Part shown: positions 9,479-18,582 of the stretch, one piece after another
How the letters are laid out: each line of letters begins with the position of its first letter
Position numbering within the stretch: the stretch's first letter is position 1
Origin: a virus
Reading direction: 5' to 3' (one strand)
IMG/VR virus record: IMGVR_UViG_3300045988_168552
Length of the DNA: 64,000 nt
The notes under the pieces: model-generated
Seen by the model: only the letters and a program-made list of their open reading frames with translations
What the model was told of the DNA's origin: nothing
Database searches by the model: none
Made by a program: the position numbers and the translations under genes

Positions 9479-9486
9479 CAAAATTA
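9479..9486 (-). promoter_or_regulatory. Bacteroides-type -7 box TAatTTTG for the packaging operon
   Basis: The reverse complement of CAAAATTA matches TAnnTTTG, about 130 nt upstream of the 9347 start. Confidence 0.4.
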
Positions 9487-9552
9487 CGAAATTGCCCCTA
9501 GATGGTTGGGACAAGAAAATCCTTTTGTCCCCATCTCTCAATTAAAAACCGA

Positions 9553-9560
9553 TACCTTTG
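9553..9560 (+). promoter_or_regulatory. -7 box TAccTTTG for the rightward 9607 operon
   Basis: Matches TAnnTTTG 47 nt upstream of the ATG; divergent from the 9479 box. Confidence 0.5.
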
Positions 9561-9606
9561 CAATAGTATTAAGACAACATAGGATAACAATAAAAAGAAA
9601 AAAGAA

Positions 9607-10227
9607 ATGCAAAGTTTAATTCCAACTCTTACAAGGTTTCTTGCAGCCATTATCGGCTTAGTGTGGTGCACACTGGAACCATCTCTTAACTACATTGCCG
9701 TATGCTTCTTCGCCCTTGTCTGCGACTGCTACACGGCGTGGCGCTGCAACTGCCGCATCTATTCCCGCTATCGTGAGGCTATCAAGAAAGACCCTCGATG
9801 CAGAATCGATGGGAAACTGAAATCTAAGAAAATGGCAAAGATGGTGAAAGATTTCTCCGTCCTCATCCTTGCGATATTCTTGGCCACGATGGTGGATACC
9901 GTCATACTCGATTTCCAAAACCCTCTCCATCTCGCCAACTATCTTGCCGCCATTTATTGTGGTGTGCAGCTCGTGAGCATCCTCGAAAACGAGAGCACCT
10001 GCAATGGGGCACCCTGGGCAAGAGTGATGCAGAAGATTGTGGCCGATAAAACCGAAAGGCACTTCAATGTGAAGCTGAAAGACTTGATGAAGGAAGAAGA
10101 GGAGGAAACTCCATCAGCTGAGAAGAAAGATGAAGTAGAGACTACTCTGAAAGAGGATAAGAAGAAAGAAGATGATAATGACGACTGGATTCCGCAGAAA
10201 CCTGCAGACCCGGTAATGGGCATGTAA
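9607..10227 (+). CDS. holin-like membrane protein (phage_holin_4-like)
   Basis: Four hydrophobic segments. 'QLVSILENESTCNGAPW' resembles the SIlEN..G.P motif of that holin family. Charged K/E/D-rich C-terminal tail. Confidence 0.5.
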   Translation: MQSLIPTLTRFLAAIIGLVWCTLEPSLNYIAVCFFALVCDCYTAWRCNCRIYSRYREAIKKDPRCRIDGKLKSKKMAKMVKDFSVLILAIFLATMVDTVILDFQNPLHLANYLAAIYCGVQLVSILENESTCNGAPWARVMQKIVADKTERHFNVKLKDLMKEEEEETPSAEKKDEVETTLKEDKKKEDDNDDWIPQKPADPVMGM

Positions 10228-10291
10228 TGTGCCAATATCTCTTAATTTCTGTACGTTATCAGTTAATAATGTGTTAAAATCTCTTTGAATT

Positions 10292-10894
10292 ATGACAATA
10301 TCAAATGTTTTGGAACACTGGGCTACGATATATAAGCCCTTGTCTCACGACCCGACAAGCAAGAAGCTGGAGGATCAGAGTTTCTTTCGTATTCGTGATA
10401 TTGATGAGGAAAATATCTTTTCCCGTAACGCCAATATCATCCACTCTCCCTGTATGCTCTATCGTGTAGTTAACTCCGGAGAGTTGAAATCGGATAAGCA
10501 AGCCCTGATTACTTATCAGGTTTGTTTCCTTACCAGACTGAAAGACTCCTCTGCTACGTTGGGCAGATATGATGGCGGCAAATTGCAGGCTGCATCGGAT
10601 GATCTGATGGAGTATTGCGAAGACCTTGCGTCTTATCTCACTCAGCTTCGCCGCACAGGTATCTGTCCTATCACGGGCAGAAACTTCAAGACGGAAGAGC
10701 CTAAGTTGGGCATAGAGTTATCATCCATTGATATAGAGAGTTTTGCCTATGGTGTAAATCCTCTTTTCCGTGGTCCGAGCTGGCTCCTTGCTGATTGTTA
10801 TTGGCAGACTATCCGTCCGCTCTATAATTTCCAATGTGAAAAGGAGCAGAAATATATCATTCCTGCATCGACAGAAGACGGAAAGGAGGGATAA
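10292..10894 (+). CDS. hypothetical protein
   Basis: ORF track; upstream of the tape measure gene. Confidence 0.6.
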   Translation: MTISNVLEHWATIYKPLSHDPTSKKLEDQSFFRIRDIDEENIFSRNANIIHSPCMLYRVVNSGELKSDKQALITYQVCFLTRLKDSSATLGRYDGGKLQAASDDLMEYCEDLASYLTQLRRTGICPITGRNFKTEEPKLGIELSSIDIESFAYGVNPLFRGPSWLLADCYWQTIRPLYNFQCEKEQKYIIPASTEDGKEG

Positions 10895-10897
10895 GTC

Positions 10898-11452
10898 ATG
10901 CCTATCAGAACCCAACCTATTAAGTCGCCTTTTGCACCCCTGAAAGAGGTGGCAGGTGTATATCTGAAACAAGCCCTTCTTGATATAGAAGTCAACTTCA
11001 ATACCCAGAAGATTTATCCGGTAGAAGTATATCGCGGCTATGAGAAGGTGAACAAATACCGCGAGGAACACGGCATGTGGTATTCTACGGGTGAAGGTAA
11101 GAAATCCTTTGAGGGTACGGTATATCAGGCTGATGAAAAGACGGGTAATCTGATGGTAGGAATCCGTTATAACGATTATCTCCGATATGTGGATATTGGT
11201 GTAGGTTTGACGGGTGATCCTCGTGACCCTGCAGCCCATATCACTGCCGATAAGGTGGACCGCTCAAAGAAAGCCAAGTTTAAAACCCGCTACATCGGCA
11301 AGTGGGATAGAAGGGCAGGTAAATCTCACCGCCCTGCCATCATGCGAACCGTCCGCAGACTGAAAACAAGATACGAAAATCATCTTGCCGATTACTATGG
11401 CTACCAAGGCTTGTTGCAGATAATGAACGCCCTGGAAGGCAAAGACGAGTAA
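10898..11452 (+). CDS. hypothetical protein
   Basis: ORF track; starts 3 nt after the previous stop. Confidence 0.6.
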   Translation: MPIRTQPIKSPFAPLKEVAGVYLKQALLDIEVNFNTQKIYPVEVYRGYEKVNKYREEHGMWYSTGEGKKSFEGTVYQADEKTGNLMVGIRYNDYLRYVDIGVGLTGDPRDPAAHITADKVDRSKKAKFKTRYIGKWDRRAGKSHRPAIMRTVRRLKTRYENHLADYYGYQGLLQIMNALEGKDE

Positions 11453-11461
11453 CCCATCTCG

Positions 11462-11489
11462 CCCCCGTTCCTGGCGATTCCATTCTCAT
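11462..11489 (+). repeat. degenerate copy (left half only) of the CCAGCGA hairpin element
   Basis: 'CCCCCGTTCCTGGCGATTCCATTCTCAT' shares the 5' flank and loop but has lost the right arm. Confidence 0.4.
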
Positions 11490-11524
11490 ATCCTCAAAAA
11501 ATAAACATTAAAAAATAAAAAGCA

Positions 11525-14500
11525 ATGGCAAAGAATAAAACAGAGGCTATCATCACGCTCAACGGTCAGCAGCCGCTCCAGGTACTGAAGCAGTTGCAGG
11601 AGGCAGCAGCGGGTATATCCGACCAGATAGATGTGGCTCAGGCGAAGCTGAAAAACCTGAAGCCAAATACCGACCCATATAAAGCCCTCGATGCCACCAT
11701 CAAGGATTTGAAGAAGCAGTATGATTTGCTGGCTTCTGCACAGATTAAAGATATAGCTGCCAATGAACGTTTGCAGAGTGTAGTGGACCAACTTAGTAAT
11801 ACTTCACTCCGCAATCTGCGCCGTGCATTGGGCGACGGCAAACGTCAGCTTGAAGGCTTGTCAGAGGCAGAACTGGAGCAGGCTAATTCCATCCGCGCTA
11901 TGATGAAGACAGTAGGCGACCAGATACGTCTGCTCGAAGGAAAGTATGTGAAGGTTAAGGAAAATTTAAAAAATGTTGGTGAGCAATCCGACCAATGGCT
12001 CAGTAAGGCTCTTACTCAGCAGAGAGAGCTTGTTTCTTCTTTAAAGAAAACATCCTCCGGCTATCAGTTTAACCTCGATATTTTAAAGCAACTGGAGGCT
12101 GAAGAGGATAGACGTAACGGCAAGATGAGTGCCAGTGAAGCTATGCTAGCCGTCGGTAATAAAAACGCTACCGCCTCCGAACTTCGCCGTGCTAGAACAT
12201 CACTTACTCAGGCGAGGGATAATGTAGATACATCTGATACCGCTCTGATTAAATCTTTTAACGATGCCCTTGCTCAGATTGAGGAACGCCTGGATGCCGT
12301 ATCGGGCAAGGCTCAGAAAGCAGCCATCAGTTGGCAGAAAATGCGTCAGGTATTATCTAACCCTGGTAAGGCTTCAGGCGAGGACATTAAGCGCACCATG
12401 GACGCTATTCAGCAGAAAATACAGCAACTCCCTGCTGGAAGTAAGGCTGTATCTGATTTGCGGAGACAATACGCCCAGTTGGAGCAGACTCTGAAAGGTA
12501 CCCGCCTCTCGCAAGCGCAGCTCAATGATATTGTTGCCCGCAGTAAGACTGGCAAGGCAAATATCAATGAGCTGAGACAGGCTTATAAGCAACTTGAGGA
12601 GGAACTGAACTTTGTCAACACCAAGAGCGAGACATTTGCAAACAGACAGAAGGAGCTGAAGAACCTCAAAAAGGTTATTGATGACGCAACGGGTGCAGCC
12701 AATAAGCAGAGTGGTGCGTGGAATACGGCGTTAAAGAACTTAACCGCATACGTAGGTCTGTTTGCGGTATTTAACCAGGCAAAGACTTACTTTGTTGATT
12801 TATTCCGTCTGAACATGAAGTTTATGGATCAGTTGACGGATATTCGTAAGGTTGCGCTTTCTACTACGGATGAAATAGCAAATCTTTCTCGTGAGTTGGC
12901 AAAAATTGATACCCGTACCAGTCTTGAAGAGTTAAACCGAATCGCTTATGCTGGTGCCAAGTTAGGTATTCAAACACAGGGTGGCACTATGGCACTCGCT
13001 GGCTTCGTCCGTGCCGCCGACCAGGTAAATGTGGCGCTTAAAGAAGATTTGGGCGAGGAAGCGCTCACGGCTTTGGCAAAGATTACTGAGGTAATGGGAT
13101 TGGTTGGCAAGTATGGTGTAGAAAAAGCCATGCTGAAGACCGGTTCTGCAATCTTCCGTCTGGCATCTACATCTACCGCTACTAGTGGCAAAATTGTTGA
13201 TTTCTCTAATCGTATGCTTGCCCTTGGCGAACAGGCTGCCCTTACCACGCCTGATATTCTCGCCCTTGGTTCTGCGGTAGATAGTATGGCATTGGAGCCA
13301 GAAGTTGCTGCTACTGCTTTCGGTAAACTGGTAACTGAGTTACGAAAAGGCACAAGCCCTATTGAAAAATCCCTGGGTATTGCTACTGGAAGTTTGAAGA
13401 AGATGATCGAGAGCGGAAGAGGTATGGACGCTATTCTTACTATCTTTAGAAGAATGGGCGAAACCAAAAACGTTTTTGCTCTTGATGGATTGTTTAAAGA
13501 CTTAGGCTCTGACGGTGCCCGACTCGTGAAGACGATGGTTACGATGGCTGCCAAGAATGGTATGCTTACAAAAGCTGTTGAGGAATCCAACAAAGCTTTT
13601 AATGACGGTACGGCTGTAACGGTAGAGTATAATATGCAGCAGGAAACCGCTATGGCTTATATGGAGCGTGCCAATAACCTTTGGGAGAAACAGTTTGTTT
13701 CGTCTAGCGCAGCGGCAGGTCCCGTTCACGATATAGCCAAGGCGTGGTTTGAGTTAACTAAGGAGTTGACTAGCAGCCTCGGTTTTATGACAGAGGTAAA
13801 ATTAGCCATCGGACTTATCTTTGCTTCTGTCAAAATGCTGCTGAATATCCTTCCTACGCTCATATCTATGCTCAGTATGGCAGGTTTGGCGGGTGCGTTT
13901 GCATACGTACTTGATTATGCTCAGAAGTTGAGTTCTGCTTCGGCCTCACTGAGCGTGGTTTGGGCTAAGATGGTTTCAACTTTCAATAAACTGTCATTAG
14001 TAAAACAGGCTGGTGTCTTCGGTGGCATAATCGGCTTGTTAGGTATTCTTGTCGTAAAGTTGGCTGAATATACGTCTTCTCTGAATCAGGCTTCAGCCGG
14101 TCAGCGTGTACTGAACGAAGTACAGGAGGAAGGTAAGCGTAGGGCAATGGAAGAGCAGGAGCAACTGAATCGTCTTCATAATGTAATGAAAGATACTTCT
14201 GCTTCTATGAAGTTGCGAATCGATGCGATGAATCAGTTGAATAGTGCTATTCCTGGACTCAATGCAAAGATTAATGCTGAAACCGGTGCTGTCAAGGAAA
14301 ATACTCAGGCATGGGATGCAAACTTTACCCGCTTGCAGAAGTATTACGAACTTGAAGGTGCCCGTTCTAAGCTGGCAGAGTTGGGTCGTCAGAAGGTGGA
14401 TGCAATTCTTGATTTGCAGAAAAAAGAAGATGCTTACGCTAACTCGAAGGTACAGACACCTAACGGCTCCTATATTCAGACTTCCGGCGGTGCCATGATG

Positions 14501-17500
14501 CCTTCTCAGGTTCAGGGCGCTATCGGCCAAGCAGGTCAGAGGGCTGCGGCAAAGAGTGCTCGTGATAAGGCTCAACGCCGATTGGACGATGTTATTGCGC
14601 AGGAAAACGCATTAAGAGATAGATTCGGCGCGGAATTGGATGTGGCAACTGGTAAAGAGACGGGAACCCCACAACATATTGATGAAACTGGGAAGGGCGG
14701 TAAAGGCTCTGCTACAACTCCTGAAGACGATGCCCGCAACAATATATCCGAGTTCATAACCAAAATCAAGAACTTCTACGAACGCCAGAAGACGGCAATG
14801 GTAGAGGAAATGACAAAGGATAATGTAGAAAAGGAGATACAGAAGCAGGTTGTTTATGACTTGGATATAAAGCTGAAATCGGCTCTCGCTGCGGCAAAGC
14901 AATCTATTGTTCTCGGTAAGAAAACCTGGGATGATTTCAAAAAGACAATGGATAAAGACCGCAAGGAGAAGGATGATGAGTTTGGCCAGTCTCAGTCTCG
15001 TACCTTGCTGGAACAGATTAATGCTTACGATGTGTCAAAACTCCGTGCTGACCTTTTAAAGCAACTGCCTAAAATCAAGAAGGGCAAGATCGTTGGCTAT
15101 AAATCCGATGAGCGGGATAGGGCATACCTCGACCGTCAATGGCTCGATGCGTCAAAGGGCGAAAACAGTAACGCCAATATCATACAGGAACGCATGGAGC
15201 AGCGCCGTAAAGAACTGCTGGAGCATGATTACACCAAAGTGGTGCAGGAAAATTCTTTCCTCGGTCTGATAAGCTCTCGCTTTGCAGATGTATCCCTCGA
15301 TTCTCTTCAGAAGGACAAAAATGATGTTATCAAGGTTCTTGAAAAGGCAAGAACGCAGATGGCTGATCTTTTTGCTACTGAAGGAAAGAAAGATAACTTA
15401 CTGAAATTCCTCTTTGGCGAGAATTACGAAAATACACCTTCCGTCTTTCTTGCGCTTTTGGATGATACGGAGGAGGACGTAAAGCTGTTCTATCAGAAAC
15501 TCATCCAGTATTCTGATGAATATACTGCTGCAGAAAAGAAACATTACGATGAAGCAAAGAAGATTACTGATTTCTTGTGGAAAACCAATCAGCGCAATCT
15601 TGCCAACCAGGAAGCCCTTCGCAAGATGCAGCAGGAAAGTGCGCTCTTCGGTAAGCGAACTAATATGTGGTCTAACCTCGGTCTCGGCGACCTCACCGCC
15701 GACCCAGAGGTGGAGCTGATGAAGATGAAGATGCAGATGGCAGAAGATTATTATGCTTTCGTTTTCAAAAACTCACGCAACAAGCAGCTCCTCGATGAAG
15801 CAGACAAGGCTCGTCAGGAGGCAGAACTTGCCTATGTCAACCAAATGGCAACGGCGATGAAGAACCGCCTCTCGCAGATGCAGCAGCTCGTGCAGCCTAT
15901 CGAAACCTTCGGTTCGGAAGTAGGCAAGGCATTTGCCGAAATGCGTAACGATGTAAGCAGCGCGCAGGAAGCCATTAAGAACGCCCTGAAGTCTATGCTT
16001 GAGTCATGGGCTAATATGGCACTCAACGACGTGAATACACAGATGTGGAAGGCTATCAACGATGCAGGAGCCAAGCGAGCTAAGAAAAGAGCGCAGCCTG
16101 ATATTGATAAAGCGAGAGCCAACGCTAATGCCAATGCCGTGAAGGAAGATTTCTCTCATCTCGGCACGAAGGCTAACCCGATGTATGTGCGACTGGTAGA
16201 TGAGGGTGCAGCTTACCTTACTCCGCAACCGCAGTCTAGTTTCGAGAATATGAGTTCACGGCAGCAGCCTATCGGTTGGAATCCTGATGGCTCGCCTATC
16301 ATGCCTGGCAAATCTCCTATTGCGCCTGATAACACTCCCGTCGTGCCTTATGCGCCTACCGATACCAAGCAGCAGGGTACACCAGAGCAGCAAAACGGTG
16401 CTCCTCATGCGTGGGCACATCGCAACCGAGACAACGCCAATGCGTTCTATCAGGATGCCGCAACGCAAACGGGTGCGGCAGCAGCCGATGCTATCGCAGG
16501 TGGCGGTTCCTGGTCCGATGTCGCAGCAGGTATCGGTGGTTCTTTCATCGGTGGTGTGATGAATACCGAGTTCAAGACTGGCGGCGGCAAATCTAAGGAA
16601 GACAAGGAGAAAGCCGAGCAACTGAAGAAGGAAAAGAAGCACCAGAAGGAACTGAGCAAAGAGGTAAAGAAGGGCAATAAGGATCGTGAGAAGGTAACTA
16701 CCCAGGGCGTGAAGAACATCACTAACGTAACTGATGCCGGAAACAAGGAGCAGACTGAGGGCACAAAGGTGGCTTTGAATGCGGGTATGGCTATGACCCA
16801 AACTGCGCTCACTGAGAACCTTAATAAAACGCAGGAAAATAACGAGGCCATCATTCAATCGGATGCGGACCGCATGCAAGCAGGAATGACCTTCTCTATC
16901 GCTGGTGCCATCGGTAAGTGTTTTGATTTCCTGGGTCCTATCGCGGGTCCTATTGCAGCCGCAGGTGTAATGGCTACCCTGATGGGCTTGCTCCAGTGGG
17001 CACTCAATTCTGCATTCAGCGGCGGCAAGAAGAAGAGTAATACCAATACCACCAACACCAAGCTTGTAACAGGCATGCTTACCTACGATAGCGGTAACGT
17101 GCAGGATTTGAAGCCATTTGTGGCTGATAATGGCGAAGTGTATTGGGCGAAGGAAGATGATGGCAAGCAGATGCAGGGTGTGAAGATGCTCACGTCTCCA
17201 ACCGCCACCACCGTGAACGGTCAGCCGTCTCTCGTAGCCGAGAGAGGACCAGAAATCGTGATTGGTAGGGAAACCACCCACGCCATGATGATGAATAACC
17301 CTGGCTTGCTGAAAGCGCTCGTGAACTACGACCGCAACTATTCAGGAAGAAACTCAGCAAGAAGGGCATTTGATAATGGCAATGTGGGTGATGTTCTTGC
17401 AGCAGGCACGAAAGCAGGCAATGGTAATCTTTCGTCTGGCGCGTCAGCGGCAGGCGACCTGGTTACCGCAGGCATTGCAAGCAATGCGGCGCTCCTGCAA

Positions 17501-17620
17501 GCCGTGAATGCGCTCATTCAGCGCCTGAATGAGCCTATCAACGCCAAGATTAATATGTTTGGTCGTGGCGAGCTGTATGATAGCCTGAATAAGGCTAATC
17601 AGTTTATGAAGAATAAATAG
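11525..17620 (+). CDS. tail tape measure protein
   Basis: 2031 aa with long coiled-coil stretches. TP901-type core-like region 'LGEEALTALAKITEVMGL...TPDILALGSAVDSMALEPEVAATAFGKLV'. Hydrophobic central segments and a Gly-rich region. Confidence 0.85.
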   Translation: MAKNKTEAIITLNGQQPLQVLKQLQEAAAGISDQIDVAQAKLKNLKPNTDPYKALDATIKDLKKQYDLLASAQIKDIAANERLQSVVDQLSNTSLRNLRRALGDGKRQLEGLSEAELEQANSIRAMMKTVGDQIRLLEGKYVKVKENLKNVGEQSDQWLSKALTQQRELVSSLKKTSSGYQFNLDILKQLEAEEDRRNGKMSASEAMLAVGNKNATASELRRARTSLTQARDNVDTSDTALIKSFNDALAQIEERLDAVSGKAQKAAISWQKMRQVLSNPGKASGEDIKRTMDAIQQKIQQLPAGSKAVSDLRRQYAQLEQTLKGTRLSQAQLNDIVARSKTGKANINELRQAYKQLEEELNFVNTKSETFANRQKELKNLKKVIDDATGAANKQSGAWNTALKNLTAYVGLFAVFNQAKTYFVDLFRLNMKFMDQLTDIRKVALSTTDEIANLSRELAKIDTRTSLEELNRIAYAGAKLGIQTQGGTMALAGFVRAADQVNVALKEDLGEEALTALAKITEVMGLVGKYGVEKAMLKTGSAIFRLASTSTATSGKIVDFSNRMLALGEQAALTTPDILALGSAVDSMALEPEVAATAFGKLVTELRKGTSPIEKSLGIATGSLKKMIESGRGMDAILTIFRRMGETKNVFALDGLFKDLGSDGARLVKTMVTMAAKNGMLTKAVEESNKAFNDGTAVTVEYNMQQETAMAYMERANNLWEKQFVSSSAAAGPVHDIAKAWFELTKELTSSLGFMTEVKLAIGLIFASVKMLLNILPTLISMLSMAGLAGAFAYVLDYAQKLSSASASLSVVWAKMVSTFNKLSLVKQAGVFGGIIGLLGILVVKLAEYTSSLNQASAGQRVLNEVQEEGKRRAMEEQEQLNRLHNVMKDTSASMKLRIDAMNQLNSAIPGLNAKINAETGAVKENTQAWDANFTRLQKYYELEGARSKLAELGRQKVDAILDLQKKEDAYANSKVQTPNGSYIQTSGGAMMPSQVQGAIGQAGQRAAAKSARDKAQRRLDDVIAQENALRDRFGAELDVATGKETGTPQHIDETGKGGKGSATTPEDDARNNISEFITKIKNFYERQKTAMVEEMTKDNVEKEIQKQVVYDLDIKLKSALAAAKQSIVLGKKTWDDFKKTMDKDRKEKDDEFGQSQSRTLLEQINAYDVSKLRADLLKQLPKIKKGKIVGYKSDERDRAYLDRQWLDASKGENSNANIIQERMEQRRKELLEHDYTKVVQENSFLGLISSRFADVSLDSLQKDKNDVIKVLEKARTQMADLFATEGKKDNLLKFLFGENYENTPSVFLALLDDTEEDVKLFYQKLIQYSDEYTAAEKKHYDEAKKITDFLWKTNQRNLANQEALRKMQQESALFGKRTNMWSNLGLGDLTADPEVELMKMKMQMAEDYYAFVFKNSRNKQLLDEADKARQEAELAYVNQMATAMKNRLSQMQQLVQPIETFGSEVGKAFAEMRNDVSSAQEAIKNALKSMLESWANMALNDVNTQMWKAINDAGAKRAKKRAQPDIDKARANANANAVKEDFSHLGTKANPMYVRLVDEGAAYLTPQPQSSFENMSSRQQPIGWNPDGSPIMPGKSPIAPDNTPVVPYAPTDTKQQGTPEQQNGAPHAWAHRNRDNANAFYQDAATQTGAAAADAIAGGGSWSDVAAGIGGSFIGGVMNTEFKTGGGKSKEDKEKAEQLKKEKKHQKELSKEVKKGNKDREKVTTQGVKNITNVTDAGNKEQTEGTKVALNAGMAMTQTALTENLNKTQENNEAIIQSDADRMQAGMTFSIAGAIGKCFDFLGPIAGPIAAAGVMATLMGLLQWALNSAFSGGKKKSNTNTTNTKLVTGMLTYDSGNVQDLKPFVADNGEVYWAKEDDGKQMQGVKMLTSPTATTVNGQPSLVAERGPEIVIGRETTHAMMMNNPGLLKALVNYDRNYSGRNSARRAFDNGNVGDVLAAGTKAGNGNLSSGASAAGDLVTAGIASNAALLQAVNALIQRLNEPINAKINMFGRGELYDSLNKANQFMKNK

Positions 17621-17680
17621 AAGAAGGTTTTGTTGATTATTAGTTGTTAGTTTTTAGGTTAATTAGTTATTTGTTTATTG

Positions 17681-17716
17681 AGGCTGTTTCGCTGTGAAGC
17701 GAGGCAGCCTTTTTTG
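17681..17716 (+). terminator. rho-independent terminator after the tape measure gene
   Basis: Hairpin AGGCTG..TTCGC/GCGA..CAGCCT followed by TTTTT. Confidence 0.65.
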
Positions 17717-17717
17717 T

Positions 17718-17738
17718 CTGCGGATTTCAAATCCGCAG
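17718..17738 (+). terminator. second hairpin CTGCGGAT/ATCCGCAG
   Basis: 8-bp stem. Its right arm begins the exact 23-mer that is also found at 6994-7016. Confidence 0.4.
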
Positions 17739-17753
17739 GAACGCCTAACGGAC
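17731..17753 (+). repeat. exact 23-mer ATCCGCAGGAACGCCTAACGGAC
   Basis: Identical to the reverse complement of 6994-7016. Confidence 0.8.
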
Positions 17754-17759
17754 ACAATT

Positions 17760-18330
17760 TCTTTTTGGTCCCATTTTGTGACCAAACCCATCATTTAGTG
17801 GGCTTTTGATAACTCGCTGATTTTGTGGGCTTTTTGGTCTCAAAAGCATATCTTGGTCTCATTTTTCGCCGAAATTCACTACTATATATAAAATTTTCCG
17901 TGTATTTTTTCTTTTCCCTAAAATCAAAATCCCCTAACCTCAAGCTAGAAGTTAGTAGCATTAACGGCTATGCTGTAAACATCAGACAATAAGGTAGTTA
18001 TGAGGATATGAAAGAGTGGCAGCTAGCGAGAGAAATGCAGGATTTTCTACATATTTTCTACATATTCCAAATATATTTTTGCATTCCTGCGTACATTAGT
18101 TTATAGAAATTAATTAAAAAATGAGACCAAAAATAAGAAAATCGCTGAAAAACAATCAGATAGCGAAAAATCGTAGTGGGCTAGCTGTGGGACAATGGTG
18201 GGTCAGCAGTGGGGCAAAATCCCCCATTTTCTTTATTAGGGGACTTTAACATTTCACCCTTCAAAAATAAAATGAGACCAAAATGAGACTTTTGAGACCA
18301 AAATCGGGAGTTTGGTCCCATTTTTGAAAA
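17760..18330. promoter_or_regulatory. candidate replication origin: inverted clusters of iterons around an AT-rich spacer
   Basis: The 13-mer AAAATG(A/G)GACCAA occurs at 18118-18130 (+), 18269-18281 (+), 17765-17777 (-), 17853-17865 (-) and 18312-18324 (-). Partial copies at 17834-17842 and 18293-18301. No credible ORF. A primase-like gene follows. Confidence 0.5.
18176..18213 (+). repeat. GTGGG x4 at exact 11-bp spacing
   Basis: GTGGG starts at 18176, 18187, 18198 and 18209. Confidence 0.8.
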
Positions 18331-18349
18331 AATGAAGTTTCGGGTGTGA

Positions 18350-18436
18350 AAGCTTTTGCCCTTACAGGGCGCATTGCTGATTGCCATTATACCCAGGGCG
18401 ATGCCCTGGGCTAGGAGCTTCTGCCCCTTCAGGGCG
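18350..18436 (-). repeat. 87-bp multi-hairpin MITE/REP-like element, copy A
   Basis: Its reverse complement aligns along its full length with 47381-47467 at about 85-90 percent identity by eye. Internal hairpin CCCAGGG-N5-CCCTGGG. Confidence 0.75.
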
Positions 18437-18540
18437 TGTGGGGATCACGAAAAATCCGTCTAAATATATAATATTTCTTAAAAATATAACTTATATTATA
18501 TATTATATAGCTTACCTATACTCTTTTCGATTTATTTTTG

Positions 18541-18548
18541 TATCTTTG
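18541..18548 (+). promoter_or_regulatory. -7 box TAtcTTTG
   Basis: 35 nt upstream of the 18583 ATG, in an AT-rich context. Confidence 0.5.
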
Positions 18549-18582
18549 CAGCAGATTTTATATAATATAATATATGTAAGGT

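Noticed and set aside
10292-11452. Programmed -1 frameshift pair (tail chaperone G/GT) upstream of the tape measure gene
   Set aside because: The two ORFs are separated by a stop and a 3-nt gap. I found no overlapping extended frame or obvious slippery heptamer.
16256-17281. 341-aa minus-strand ORF inside the tape measure gene (also 12970..13593 and 14093..14575)
   Set aside because: Shadow ORFs of a long coiled-coil gene, with biased composition.
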